From positions 47,740,001-47,804,000 of the forward strand of contig OZ024740.1 in NCBI GenBank assembly GCA_964016885.1: a stretch of DNA of 64,000 bases, read 5' to 3'. The position numbers and the translations under genes were made by a program. The DNA is from Eledone cirrhosa. Its lineage: Eukaryota. Within the stretch, counting starts at the first letter, position 1. The number at the start of each line of letters is the position of its first letter. Shown in pieces: positions 24,577 through 36,279 of the stretch. Below the pieces are notes generated by a model, which saw only the letters and a program-made list of their open reading frames with translations, searched no databases and had not been told where the DNA came from.

Positions 24577-24878
24577 CTCATGAATGACCATGGGTTTTGT
24601 ACCTAGAAAGTTTCCTTCTGAGGCACAAGCCTGGGAATGGTGTTTTTTGGAAGTCTAGCAGCTGTCCATACATAAGTCTCTCTTCTCCTTGCCACCGAAC
24701 AATCCGATACAGCTTGGCACCAGTGACATCACAACTCATTTCTACAGCTGAGTGAAGTGGAGCAATTTGAAAAAAAGTGTCTTGCTCAAGGACACAATGC
24801 ATTGCCTGGTTAGGGAATCAAAATCACAACTTAATGATTATGAATCCAACTCTCTAACCACTTAGCTATGCACATTCA
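24577..24878 (-). mobile_element. Older tRNA-derived CORE-like SINE; more diverged relatives near 530-670, 18350-18500, 32500-32640, 47540-47690, 51430-51700
   Basis: Shares the head and GTCCTTGAGCAAGACAC core with the young SINE copies but has a different tail. Confidence 0.65.
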
Positions 24879-25155
24879 CCAATTTTATGAAATATATAAT
24901 TATCATCATTTTACGTCTGCTTTTCCCTGCTTGTAATAATTAATTAGACAGTAGTGATCCCATAATCATCATTTAACACCCATTTCCTTTGCTAGCAATG
25001 GTTGAATGTGTATGCGATTTTGAACTATGTTAGAAACAAGATCCATTGTATGAGCTAAAACTATACATACTCACATGATAGTGGATTATATTCATTTTGA
25101 ATTTTTTTAAACTTATTATTATTCCTATTTATTTTTATTTCATTTTTTTTTTCAG

Positions 25156-25440
25156 GTACCAGAGCTTGCAGGATCTTGGCTTTTGACATTACTGATGCAG
25201 TTGCCTCTAATTATATTTTTGCTGTTCAATGAAGGCCAGATATTTCCTCTTGAAATAGCTGTTCATATTGTCATGTTTACATTTATTCTGACTGAAATGT
25301 TTTCAGGTTATTTTGCTATTCGTACAATGATCAACTATCAGATGACACAGTTTCACTTGCGTCAGCTTTCTGACCTAGAGTTTATTGCTCAAGACGAAAG
25401 TTTGGACAGAGAAAGACTTTCTATAACCAAATTTCAATAG
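25156..25440 (+). CDS. TMEM17: TMEM17 exon 4, terminal (VPELAGSWLLTLLMQLPLIIFLLFNEG..TKFQ*)
   Basis: Poly-T tract and cag acceptor; matches recalled human VPELAGFWLLSLLLQLPLILFLLFNEG; spliced CDS 618 nt, 205 aa. Confidence 0.97.
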   Translation, partial: VPELAGSWLLTLLMQLPLIIFLLFNEGQIFPLEIAVHIVMFTFILTEMFSGYFAIRTMINYQMTQFHLRQLSDLEFIAQDESLDRERLSITKFQ

Positions 25441-27578
25441 CTCTCATAATATTTGTAAACTAATGTGATCTTTTTTGTAACTATTCAAAAACTATTCATC
25501 ACAGATTATGAGACAAGACACAGCCAATTCTTTAATGTAAACATGTCTAGCTACATCACAGTGTCTGGATAGACATAAAGATATCAGACAGCATATTGGC
25601 AGAAGTATTACATCGACTAAAATGCTTAGCATTATTTGTTCTTGTTCCTAAGATGGCAGATTGGCAGATCGTTATAGCATCAAATAAATGTCTTGAGGCA
25701 TTTGTTCCAGCTCTTTACATTCTGGATGAAACCTCACTGAGGTCAAGTTTGCCTTCTATCCTTCCAGTGTTGGTAAAATAAAGTACTACTCAGGTACTGG
25801 AGTCAATAAAATCGAATTTCTATTCCCCTAAATTGCTGTCCTTGTGCCAAATTTAGAAATCATTTATTTCTGCTCCTTGCAATCAGAGTTTACTTCTAAT
25901 CCGGGATCAATAAATAAAGTAGTGCAGTAGAATTGTTAGAGCATTGAACAGAATGCCTTGTGGTATTTGTTACAGCTCTTAACATTCTGAGTTTAAATCC
26001 CACCTTGACTTAACTGGTTGGCAGACATAAGTCATCACCAGGCCCTTGCGAGCCTTAAGTGGATTTTATTATGTTGTAAGCATTTGGGTTAAGTTTCCAG
26101 TTTGAGTAAACCCTCACCTCCTGGCTAACTGATAAAAGTTTTTTTTTTTTTTACAATGCCATGAAGTTATTGTTGTAAGTTTGGGTTCCACAAGTGCCTA
26201 TTTGAGTATTTGATAAGGTAAAATTTTTCAATGTGAGTTTTAATGTAGCCAATTATATGTGAGAGATATTTTTTAAACATTCTATATTGTCTGATAGTTT
26301 GATTTTTCTAAGACATTGCATATTCATCAAAGAACTTCATATAAACAAGTTTCAACCTTATTTCATATAGTGTTATTGACTGAATGATTATAGTAAAGAC
26401 CCTATAAAAAAATAAAAAAAATTGGACTGTGTTTTGGTGCCAGTCTAAACTCATATAAGCAAAACTGATATTTTATAACTTCATCTTTAACTAGAATAAA
26501 GATTCATAAAATGCATAATTTTTTTTTAATATCTCTTGTTTATGAGATATTGAAATGAAATCTTAAAATAATATTTTTGAAGAATATATATTAACAAATA
26601 ACAATTGGTATGATGTTTTTCACAATTGACACAAGAAGGCATTGTGGAAGTAATAAAAAAAAAAAGAATTCATTGTATTTTTATCTAATAATTCTTCAAT
26701 AAAACTATAACAGTAATTTCATCACAGCTTCACAACTCTTAACATCTGAAAAGGAGATCATCATCCTTTTATGTCTGTCTGTCTATGCATGGGTTGGACT
26801 TGATGACAATGATCATGTTTTTTAGCATGAGTTTTCTATCACCAATTACTTTACAGTATGGACTAGAACATGTCACCAACATTAAAAAGTTGTCTGTCAG
26901 AACTTAAGAGTCCTCTCTACTCTGTATCAGCATTTATTCAGAGTGACTGCTCTCCTAGGTTTGCCTTCACTACAGTTTACAGAGTCAATATCTACTTATC
27001 TACAATATTGACCATCTTTAAATTTCAAATGTATTGAAGTTACTTAACACGTCAACTTTCACAATAGAAAAGAACTGGGTGGTAGACATAATTCATTATC
27101 CAATTTAAAACAACCATTTTGTTGTTGGATGCCTTTAGCAAAGTCTGCTCTGATGCAAGCATTTAGATGAGGTTTCCAGTTTGAGAATACCTTCCCGTTG
27201 TCTCCCTCTCACCAGTCTCAGAGACCTTAAAATGTGTCATTGATATTGCCTTTTACTCCCTCACTAAACAATTTTTAGAAAAAACGAAATATTACAATGC
27301 CATGACACCCCTTCCCCACAAAAAAGAATAAATAAATTCTAAAACAAATATTATTTGACAAAAATAGCAGTTAGAATTTGAAATTTATATTATAGCCAAC
27401 AAGAAAATGAAATTGTTAAAATATTTGTATTTCAATTGAATCTCATTGAGAGCCCCCAGAAACCTTTAGCATTGCTCAAATGATTTAGGTTTGAAAATTC
27501 TTTGTTTAATTCACAGTATTGGATATATTTTTGTCAATATTTGATTACTCTAAATCACAGTGTAACACTGAAAGAATT

Positions 27579-28232
27579 CATCATCATCATCATCATCGTT
27601 TAACGTCCCTGTTCCACGCTTGCATGGGTTTGGATGGGGGTTTTCCCACGTGAGGCAAGAGTGGTTGTCTTGCTCGCATAGGACTGTCTGGCGGGTTTTC
27701 TACAGCTAGATGCCCTTCCTAACACCAACCACATTTACAGTGTGGGGCTGGGAGGTTTTTACCGTGTTGCCTACACGGCCACATTACAGCGTGGACTGTC
27801 TGGCGTGTTTTCTACAGCTGGATGCCCTTCCTAACACCAACCACATTTACAGTGTGGGACTGGGAGGTTTTTACCGTGTTGCCTACACGGTCACATTACA
27901 GCGTGGACTGTGTGGTTTTTTTTCGTGACACCTACACGATCTCGTTTGTTTCGGCCTGGATGTTGTGGCACCAACATAACTTTGCATTGAAGGATGGGGT
28001 GGGACGGGGGTGTATTTTGTTAGAGATGCCTACTGACTAGTAGGTTTTACTTTGTATTTAGATAAGGCGGGTCTTCTCTGTTACTGAGTACCGCCAAAGG
28101 TCTCGGTCCAGTGACATTGTCTTGGAGAGGTGTAAGTGTGTGAGGTCGGAATTTATCAGCTCGTCCCAGGTTTTCCTGGGTCTGCCTACTCTGTGGCTAC
28201 CATCTATCTTTATTGCCCTGCACTTTGTTATA
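27579..28232 (-). mobile_element. RTE LINE 3' end (ORF tail plus 3' UTR with 112-bp tandem duplication)
   Basis: Reverse complement closely matches 15150-15826; (CAT)n tail at 27579-27597. Confidence 0.9.
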
Positions 28233-28674
28233 CATGCACTATAAAGTTATATCTGTATTATATACTAATATCTATAGTTAGTAAACTGCATTAAAAATAT
28301 TCATGATGAGTATCATCGTCATCATTATCATTTTATGTTCACTTTTCCCTGCTTACAAGGGTGGGACTATTTTCAAATATGCTGAAAGAAACTATAAGCA
28401 AAATTATCCAACATATCATCCTCATCCTTTTTATGTCCATTTCTCCATGCTTGCATGGGTTGTATGGGTCTTTTCCAGCACAACCTCCCTCCACTCATTG
28501 CATTCTTTCATCTTCTCTGTGAGGTTCAGCATATTGAGATCCACTCTCAATATTTTTAAAAGTCTATTTACTCATTCTATTTAGATTTTAATTAAACAAA
28601 CCTACCTGAAATAAAACTGGAAGAGGTTTTCATTTCTTCATCACTGAAATAAAATCTGGATGGAGAGCCTCTAT

Positions 28675-28865
28675 TTGGTAGTTTAACTTGCTAGAAATAG
28701 CAGCAAAATCTCTCAAATTACACTCAGCCTTTCTAAAGAAGGACATTGGATACTGTAATCCTAGACACACTATGTCTGAAAAAAAAGACGCGATGTTAAT
28801 AGCTGGAATGCCTTTAACTATAGGCTCTTTCAGTCAGGTCTGTCTTTTGGCTGAACGATAACCTA
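28675..28865 (+). repeat. Interspersed repeat family of about 190 bp ending GCTAAACAACAAC; copies near 10-180, 23580-23755, 48230-48405, 55030-55205, 58110-58280 and on the minus strand near 2920-3040 and 60010-60170
   Basis: Recurring TGCTAGAAATAGCAGC..ACATTGGATA..GGCTGGAATGCCTTTGATCATAGG; probably a retroposon 3' tail. Confidence 0.7.
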
Positions 28866-29249
28866 CATGGATACAAACTAGTGTGGGAACATCTACACAG
28901 TTTTTTGGTCAAATGTACCTAAAACCACAACCCACCATTTAAAAAGAAAACCGTGAAGAGCACATTAGTGAATGTAGTACCTGATATACAAAATGACAGG
29001 AGTGACAACTGAAAACTTTTTGATCGTCGGTCTGTTCAATTTCAGGGTTTGGAGCTAAACAATAACCAACATGCAAGAGAGAAGTCATGGTTCAAAAAGT
29101 ACAAATACTTTCAAATTATTTCTGAATTGTGATTCAAACTGCAAACAAGATATATCTAAAAGAAGCTTGATGTATTTGTTGGAAAAGGCATGGAAGTCCC
29201 ATTATGAGAGACTTGAACAAAGAGAATATATGGGAGAGTGAGGTTTTGC

Positions 29250-29670
29250 TCCAAGCAGATCTGAGGGACTAGCCATAAAAGTTGACAATATAACAGACAA
29301 AGCAATTAAAGATATGAAGGCAGGTAAGGTAGCTAGACATCTCAGTATAGCTATCAAGATGCTACAAACATGGCATAGTAAGTTGTGAACTAATCAGAGG
29401 CAAAATTAATCAAGTAGTACAGGATATTGTCATACCCAATGACAAAGTGGACACACTAGAGAGAAAGGACACTACAGAAGGATCCAGTTGATGGACTGGA
29501 TCATGAAAGTTACTGAAAGGGTCATAGCCAAACTAATTAGAGACAGAATTAGGCTAGATGAGATGCAATTTGGTTTTATGCCAAGTAGGAGTAATACCTA
29601 TGCCCTCTTCGTTATGAGACACTTAACTAATAATAAACCTGTGGATCTTGAGAAAGCCTTTGATAGGAAC
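29250..29670 (+). mobile_element. Degenerate RTE RT fragment
   Basis: MKVTERVIAKLIRDRIRLDEMQFGFMP..VDLEKAFDR. Confidence 0.8.
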
Positions 29671-30164
29671 CTGTAACTTAGCAATTATATCAATAAAAAT
29701 GCATGAAATATATACCAGATATAATTGACAAAGTCACTTGAAGACAAGGCTACAGTCTAACAATTGAAACCAATAAAATATTAATATATGTATGTATGTA
29801 TGTTTGTATATGCATAGATTTTATAAATGCATATTTTCTCTCAAATATTCTTTGAACAGCAAAAGTTAGGGCGTTTGTATGGAAGGAGTTATTCAGATTT
29901 TGCTAGCAGGGAAAATGGAGGTTGAAGGTGATGATATAAGCATGCTTTAAAGACAGAAAAAATGATAAACAAATGTTATAAATTCATTGAGGTATTTACT
30001 TACAAATCATAGAAATTCAAAACTGACCACATCTTATAGCTTGCTTCACAAAGTTAATTTTGGTGATAGAAAAATGTGAGTATACATGTATGTATAACTA
30101 TGTTAGCGTAGTGTTTATAAAATAGTTAACATTTCTCTAAAAAAAAAGTGTGAATGTGTGTGTA

Positions 30165-30508
30165 TATCATCATTCGTTCATTTCATTTTACGTCCACTTT
30201 TCCCTGCTTGCAAGGGTGGGACGGGAACTGATTCTGGCTGGATTTCTACAGCTGGATGCCCTTCCTAACACCAACCTCATTTACAGTGAGTACTGGGTGC
30301 TTTTTTGCCGTGGCACCTCCACGACCACTTTGCAGTGGAATGATATGGACCCCAGTCCCTATCATCTCATTTCTACAGCTGAGTAAACTGGAGCAATGTG
30401 AAATAAAGTGTCTTGCTCAAGGAAACAACACATCACCCGGTCTGAGAATTGAACTCACAACCTTTCGATTGCAAGGCCAATGCTCTAACCACTAAGCCAT
30501 GTGCCTCC
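30165..30508 (-). mobile_element. Young tRNA-derived SINE (A/B boxes, CORE-like domain, RTE-derived tail), copy A
   Basis: Minus strand GGAGGCACATGGCTTAGTGG..GAGTTCAATTC, then CCTTGAGCAAGACACTT, then tail shared with the RTE 3' UTR. Confidence 0.9.
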
Positions 30509-30569
30509 ATTATATATATATACATCCACATTTGTGTGTATATATGTAAACACACATACATATATATCC

Positions 30570-32330
30570 ACCCTTTAAGGTGATAGTGCTGGTGACATGA
30601 TAAAAACCACCTGTAAGGTGCCCCTCCTTCTTTCATGCTGCCCACATACAATTCTCTTCTGATTGTGCAAAACGGCTCTGCTGTGGTCTCAAGTGACATG
30701 GTACTCCAGTTCACACTGGCTGATATCAGGGACTTCCATGCTTTTGCCTTGACTGCATTCTGTGAAGTTGTGATAGCTGCCCTGAGATCCTTCCCAAGGA
30801 GCAGCAGTTGTGGAATAGCATGCGACTCAGCCACCTAAGAGATCTAATCTCGCCACACTCCACTGAAGCGGGAGTACATCTGTTCTGATGGATTACTGTA
30901 ATGAACAGTCTTCTCTGTGCCTACCTCCCCTACCATGCCATGATCTTTTTTTGTCAGCCAATCTGATTGTGTTGAAGAATGATGGAGGCATCTGAACCAT
31001 TGCAGTGGGCAATATCTTTTGGCAACTTGCAACCAAGATAGCCTGCAGGTCAGCTTTGATCAATCTGAGCAGGGTACTAAGCCCTGTCCAGCTGAAAGTG
31101 GAAGTTAACTGCAGATGTGAATGGTTGCTCATGCAGCCAGACACTTCATAGAACACATACCACTCAGTCAAGCTGGACAAATAAAACGCCTTCTGTCCAA
31201 GTCCAAGATCGTAAATGTGAGCAACGGAAAAGCTGACTTTCAAGACACTGTACTCAGCATCCCACTTGCCTTGATTGGGGCTCGGCTAATGCTTAAAGAT
31301 GCCATCTACATTCTCAGCTCACCAATCTTCCTAAAAGCCATACATGAGTGCTTGAAGTACAAGTATACAAACTTGATGAGAATGACAGAGAGTTGGTGTC
31401 TCACTGACATACATATGTTGCTCTTCCTCCTCAGGAACTGTTTTGCCCCCACCCCAACACCTTCATGCAATGCCTTGTCATCCTCTCACAGATTGCTGCC
31501 ACCATCTTATGCTGTGTTGAACTCATCTCCAATGTTAGTTTTGACAGTGCCAACTGACAACAGGTCAAACTCCCTGCAAAATGTTATGGCCTCGGCCTCC
31601 AATCCACTTCTGAACTGGCACTGCTGGCCTATCTCTCCTCAAGTCACACTCTCATCAGCAAGGTCCTCCAAAAGACAGTAGAACCTGGAGTCAACTCTGG
31701 CTGATTGGACCGAAGGTCTTCCCATCCCCCAGTTTACAGATATCCAAAGTAACTGGGACAACATCAAGTGCAGATTGAGTTTTCCTTGGACCAACACCAT
31801 CTTGCCTGCTTCCATTCTGCCTCACAACCCTTCTTCATGATGAGTGCACTTGCATCAGAATGGCCCAGCACCTCGGCCTCCGTGTGTGTGACACACAAAT
31901 GCTGTTGTATTCGGTCTGCAACCACTATCATGCTACCTTAGAGCAGACTGGATCCACCAAAATGCTGCTCTGAACATTAGAAAGTGGTGATAGTAAATGC
32001 TCCGACAGAATAACCCTCATCCCATTTAAGGGAGGTAAATCCCTAATCTGGGAGGTGATGTGTTGTACTCATTCTCTGCCTCCAACCTTCTTGCTTTGGC
32101 TGCTACCCTGGGCACCAACGGCCACAATGCAGAGGAGAGGAAAATAACTAAATACCAGGGCTTGTCCGACCGCTTCCCTTTCATACTGGTCACTGTCGAG
32201 ACCTTGTGTGACCTCTGCCCTCACTCTTTCTTTTGTGAGGAATAGCCTGTTGTGGTGGGGTGGCTGTTGCAGCAGGTGTTTCTGGCCTTTCTGTTTTTGT
32301 CCACAGAACACATCTGAAACACCCCTCAGA
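30570..32330 (+). mobile_element. Degenerate CRE-like non-LTR retrotransposon
   Basis: 3' part reads ITLIPFKGGKSLIWEV..SFSASNL..AEERKITKYQGLSDRFPFILVTVETL; same family as 7170-8830. Confidence 0.65.
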
Positions 32331-35300
32331 CCAAGGTGTAAAATATGTTGCTCCGTTTATTTCGTTGCTTAATTCTTTTTTTTTCATTTTGTTTTTTTAT
32401 TGCCATGTATATTGTACAGTTTTTATCACATTTTCCATTTACTAGAGATTCAAAGTAAAAAAAGGCGTTATGTAAGCACATCACTGTTATGAAAATGAAA
32501 ACTAACAACAATAAACAGGTCTGCTTCTCAATCACATGGTCCTGGGTTCAGTCCCACCATAAGATATGGCCAAGTGCCTTCTACTATAGCCTCAAATTGA
32601 CTAATTCCTAGTGAGCAGAATTTGGTAGACAGAAACTACAGGAATCTGTGCTATATATACGAAGTTTGTCATAAAAGTAAGAGTACTGATGTTTTATTTA
32701 AATGTATATTAGACGTACATGACATTACAAGTTATCTCCTTGATAATGACCCTTGGGAAGTCATACAATGGTTCCAACATTTTTTTTCATTGATTGTAGC
32801 AGTAGTGGAAGTCATTTTCTGTGAGTGTCCTTAGCATGTCACGGAACTTGATCTGGGCTGTAGGGAAAAGTATGAGTATTTTACCCAATTTTCTTAACTA
32901 TTATTTATAGTGAATGAGTATATCATAATCCTCTGTCTGAAAACTCACATTTCAAATTTCATATATATGTACGTGTCTCCTTGTCTATATTTACAATCGC
33001 ATCTCTGTTTATTTCTCATAACTTAGCAGTTCAACAAAAACAGATTGATAAAATAAGTACCAAACTTGAAAAAAATAAATGATGGGGACAATATGATCAA
33101 TTAAATCCCTTCAAAGTGGTGTTATAGTATTGTTGCAGTTTAATGAATGAAACCAGAATAAAATATCTTGATTATATCATCTTATCTATGAGAGTCCAAT
33201 GTTCTCAAATCTGACCTTAGGTCCTAAATATCTTTTCTAATATTGTTGCATCAGTTAAGATTGAGAAGGTGCAAGGCCAATAGCCTTTACTGACTCTTCT
33301 AAAGTGAAATACATTTCAATGAATTTATTACAATTGATATTCAGCTTGAGTTTTAGTTGAAAGAACATGAACATAAGGAAAGAAGGCATTCCAGGAAAAT
33401 AAAAATCTGTGAAGAAAGGATTAGGCAACCATTTAGTGTGGAAGTTTGGGAAAGATGGACAGTCAAAGTGATGAGAAAAAGGACTGCAGAAAAAAGTGGC
33501 TTCATGTGGTGGCAGAGAATTGGTAAATTCACCAACATAGAAACTGTTGGAAGTAATGATAGAAGATAAGGATCTGTAGTGTTGGTCAGGGATGACTTGG
33601 TAATTATGTATATAGCTATACTTTTGTTGTTTTAGATGCAGTCAAAATAGGCTCGTACATGGTAAGTGCTCCATCATGTGTGAGGGGAATAAAATTCTGG
33701 CATAGGGAATATGTATTTCTTGTATATAGAATGTATGAGCAAGATGAGGTCTCTCCAACCTATCTCATCTCAGTCCGTGACAATCCATCAAACAGATGCT
33801 ACCATAGAAAGCAGACATAAAACAATGATGATGATTATGTTAGCAATACCAAGAGGGACCTAAAAATCAAGACCTTTCATCTAGCATGTTCTATTTACTT
33901 TATGTATCCAAACTAGAGTAATTGAAACTTCATAAAAATCAATAAATATATCCAAGTAGTGTTAAGCAACAGAGTAAATTCAATGTTGATACTTCAAAGA
34001 CAATAAATTTCTTGACTGATTCTCATTCTGTAGTATTCTTCAAATTATAAGCATTGATTACTCAAACCATTCATCAGGTGCTGGTCTATTGTTTTTTAAA
34101 GAGCAGTTCCATGAACAAAATTAAAACACTAGTATTTAAATCCTTAAAAATTATTTCCAAAAAAATATTAATAGATTTGTAATTTTTTATAAAAATACCA
34201 ACCACTTATAAAATATAGTTACTTTATTTACACTATACATACATGCTTTTTATTATTTTTTTTTAGTAAATAGGTATGTATAAATATATATATAAACAAA
34301 CATATATACATACACATATATGTGAATATTCACTAGTGTGGGCATATTTGTACATATGTCAGTGGATATATACAAATATATACAATATACAATATATGCA
34401 AGAATATATGGATACATTCTGTTTCTGACTAACATGCTACACATTATATGGACCTATATACACAAACACGGGAGTTTATAATGACAGCTATAACAATAGT
34501 TTAAATATTAAAATCTTATGTAAAAAAGTAAAAAATAACTTGCCAAAACTTCCAGCCACATTGCTCCATATCATTGGCAATAGCTATTTACTGGCAAAAC
34601 TATGTAATTTACATACAGACTTAGCACCATGCAAGTTAGAAGACACTGGTATCTGCATTATTTGATAAAATCATATAAGCACAATGCCCTGGCATTTTTT
34701 TGTTAACCTCCCACTCTCACACACAATCATTTAAACAACTAATGTTTTATGTAGTCATCATTACTATAAAATAATTTATTCTCAGTTAATATCACTAAAG
34801 AGCAATAAATTATATCTTTGATATCAAAATGTTGAAAAAGAAGCAAATTATAATTCAAAATGCCTTTCATTATTGTAAGAAATACAATTTCAATGTGTAA
34901 AAATATGTGTATACAGTGGTGAGCTGGATTTAGTATATGCAAACTGGTTGATAATTTTTTGATGGACACAGAAAACAAATCTACTTAGAAAAGCATGCTA
35001 CAGTCAATTGACTGCCTACCTAAACTAGAAATTCAGTTGGGAAGATTCATCATCATTGTTTAATGTCCATTTTCCACGCTAGCATGGGTAGGACGGGATG
35101 ACCCTTTGGGAGAGAATCAGGTCAGAGGATCATATTCGCTCACTCAGGGTTGATTTTGGATTGGTTTCTACAGCTGGATGCCCTTCTTAATGCCAACCAC
35201 ATTCACAGTGTGCTGAGTGCTTTTTGTTGTTAAAGTTTAATTGTGATGGGAGTAAGGAAATATACACAAGTGTTTATATATATCAAACATAATTGTGCTT

Positions 35301-36279
35301 CCATATAAGTTACCCCTTTCTACCACTTTGCCTCTACTTCCTGCAATACTTTAACCTGCTATCATAACTCTAACTATTTATGATTCTTTGATATACTGAA
35401 CCTATCACACTCCCTATCCCCACAATACTTTAACCTATTACCTATTTCTTTTTGTGATTGTTCAAGGGATATATCAACTTTCCTGTCCAACTTTTTCACC
35501 CTTCTCCTTTGTCAGCTTGTCTCCAAGGATCCTCTCCCACACACATCAACCCTCTTGTTTGGTGATCCCTCTCCTGACCAAATCAATCACTCAACTTCAG
35601 TATCAAGTCTAATTTCCTCAGACAGATGATGAGCCAAAACAACAAAAAAGAAAAATTCTACATTCCACACAACGAAAGACTTCACAAATCTTTGTATTGA
35701 CTTATTTTTGCCAACACAGACCATCAACAGTTTCCCTGCATTCTAAATCTTAGCCTATTTTCATATTTTATTGCTCAATTCAACGTTTTTGCACCGAACC
35801 CATGCTTAAAATTTTGGTAGCTTAGCAAACCAGTTTTTAAAATTTTGGTAGCTCACCACTATATTTGTGTGTGTGTGTGTAAATATATACTTATATTTAT
35901 ACACACACATATGTACAAATACTTATATATACACACACACACATACATACATAGATATCCACAAATGCATACATATATAAAGATATATGCCCATGCCTAT
36001 GTAATGTTAAACTCTAAACTTTAAATTATTTAAAATCTTGTTTACTTTATTCAAAGAGATTCTAACACTCAAAAGTTCATCTAATTTCTCAGAGAATTTT
36101 CATACTTGACATATAACATTGTTTCCCTTCAATTTCACAGCTTCAAACATTTTTATTTCAATTGGTCAAGACAAAGTAAAAAAATATTAAGAAATAGCTT
36201 TTTCCTCATTTTCTTGTTTTTGTTACTTTTGTTTTTTAACAGAAAGAAATTTACATTAAAAGAGAGAAAAAAAAAATTT

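Noticed and set aside
30256-30495. Multi-copy small protein family MPFLTPTSFTVS.. (also 13615, 27710, 45061, 45872, 48579)
   Set aside because: Antisense translations of the SINE/LINE tail, not genes.
30430-30508. tRNA gene on the minus strand (also in SINE copies B-D)
   Set aside because: A and B boxes are present but the cloverleaf is imperfect and it runs into a SINE body repeated four times.
31121-31681. 186-aa ORF as a host gene
   Set aside because: Lies within the decayed CRE-like element, with no splice structure or recognisable host domain.
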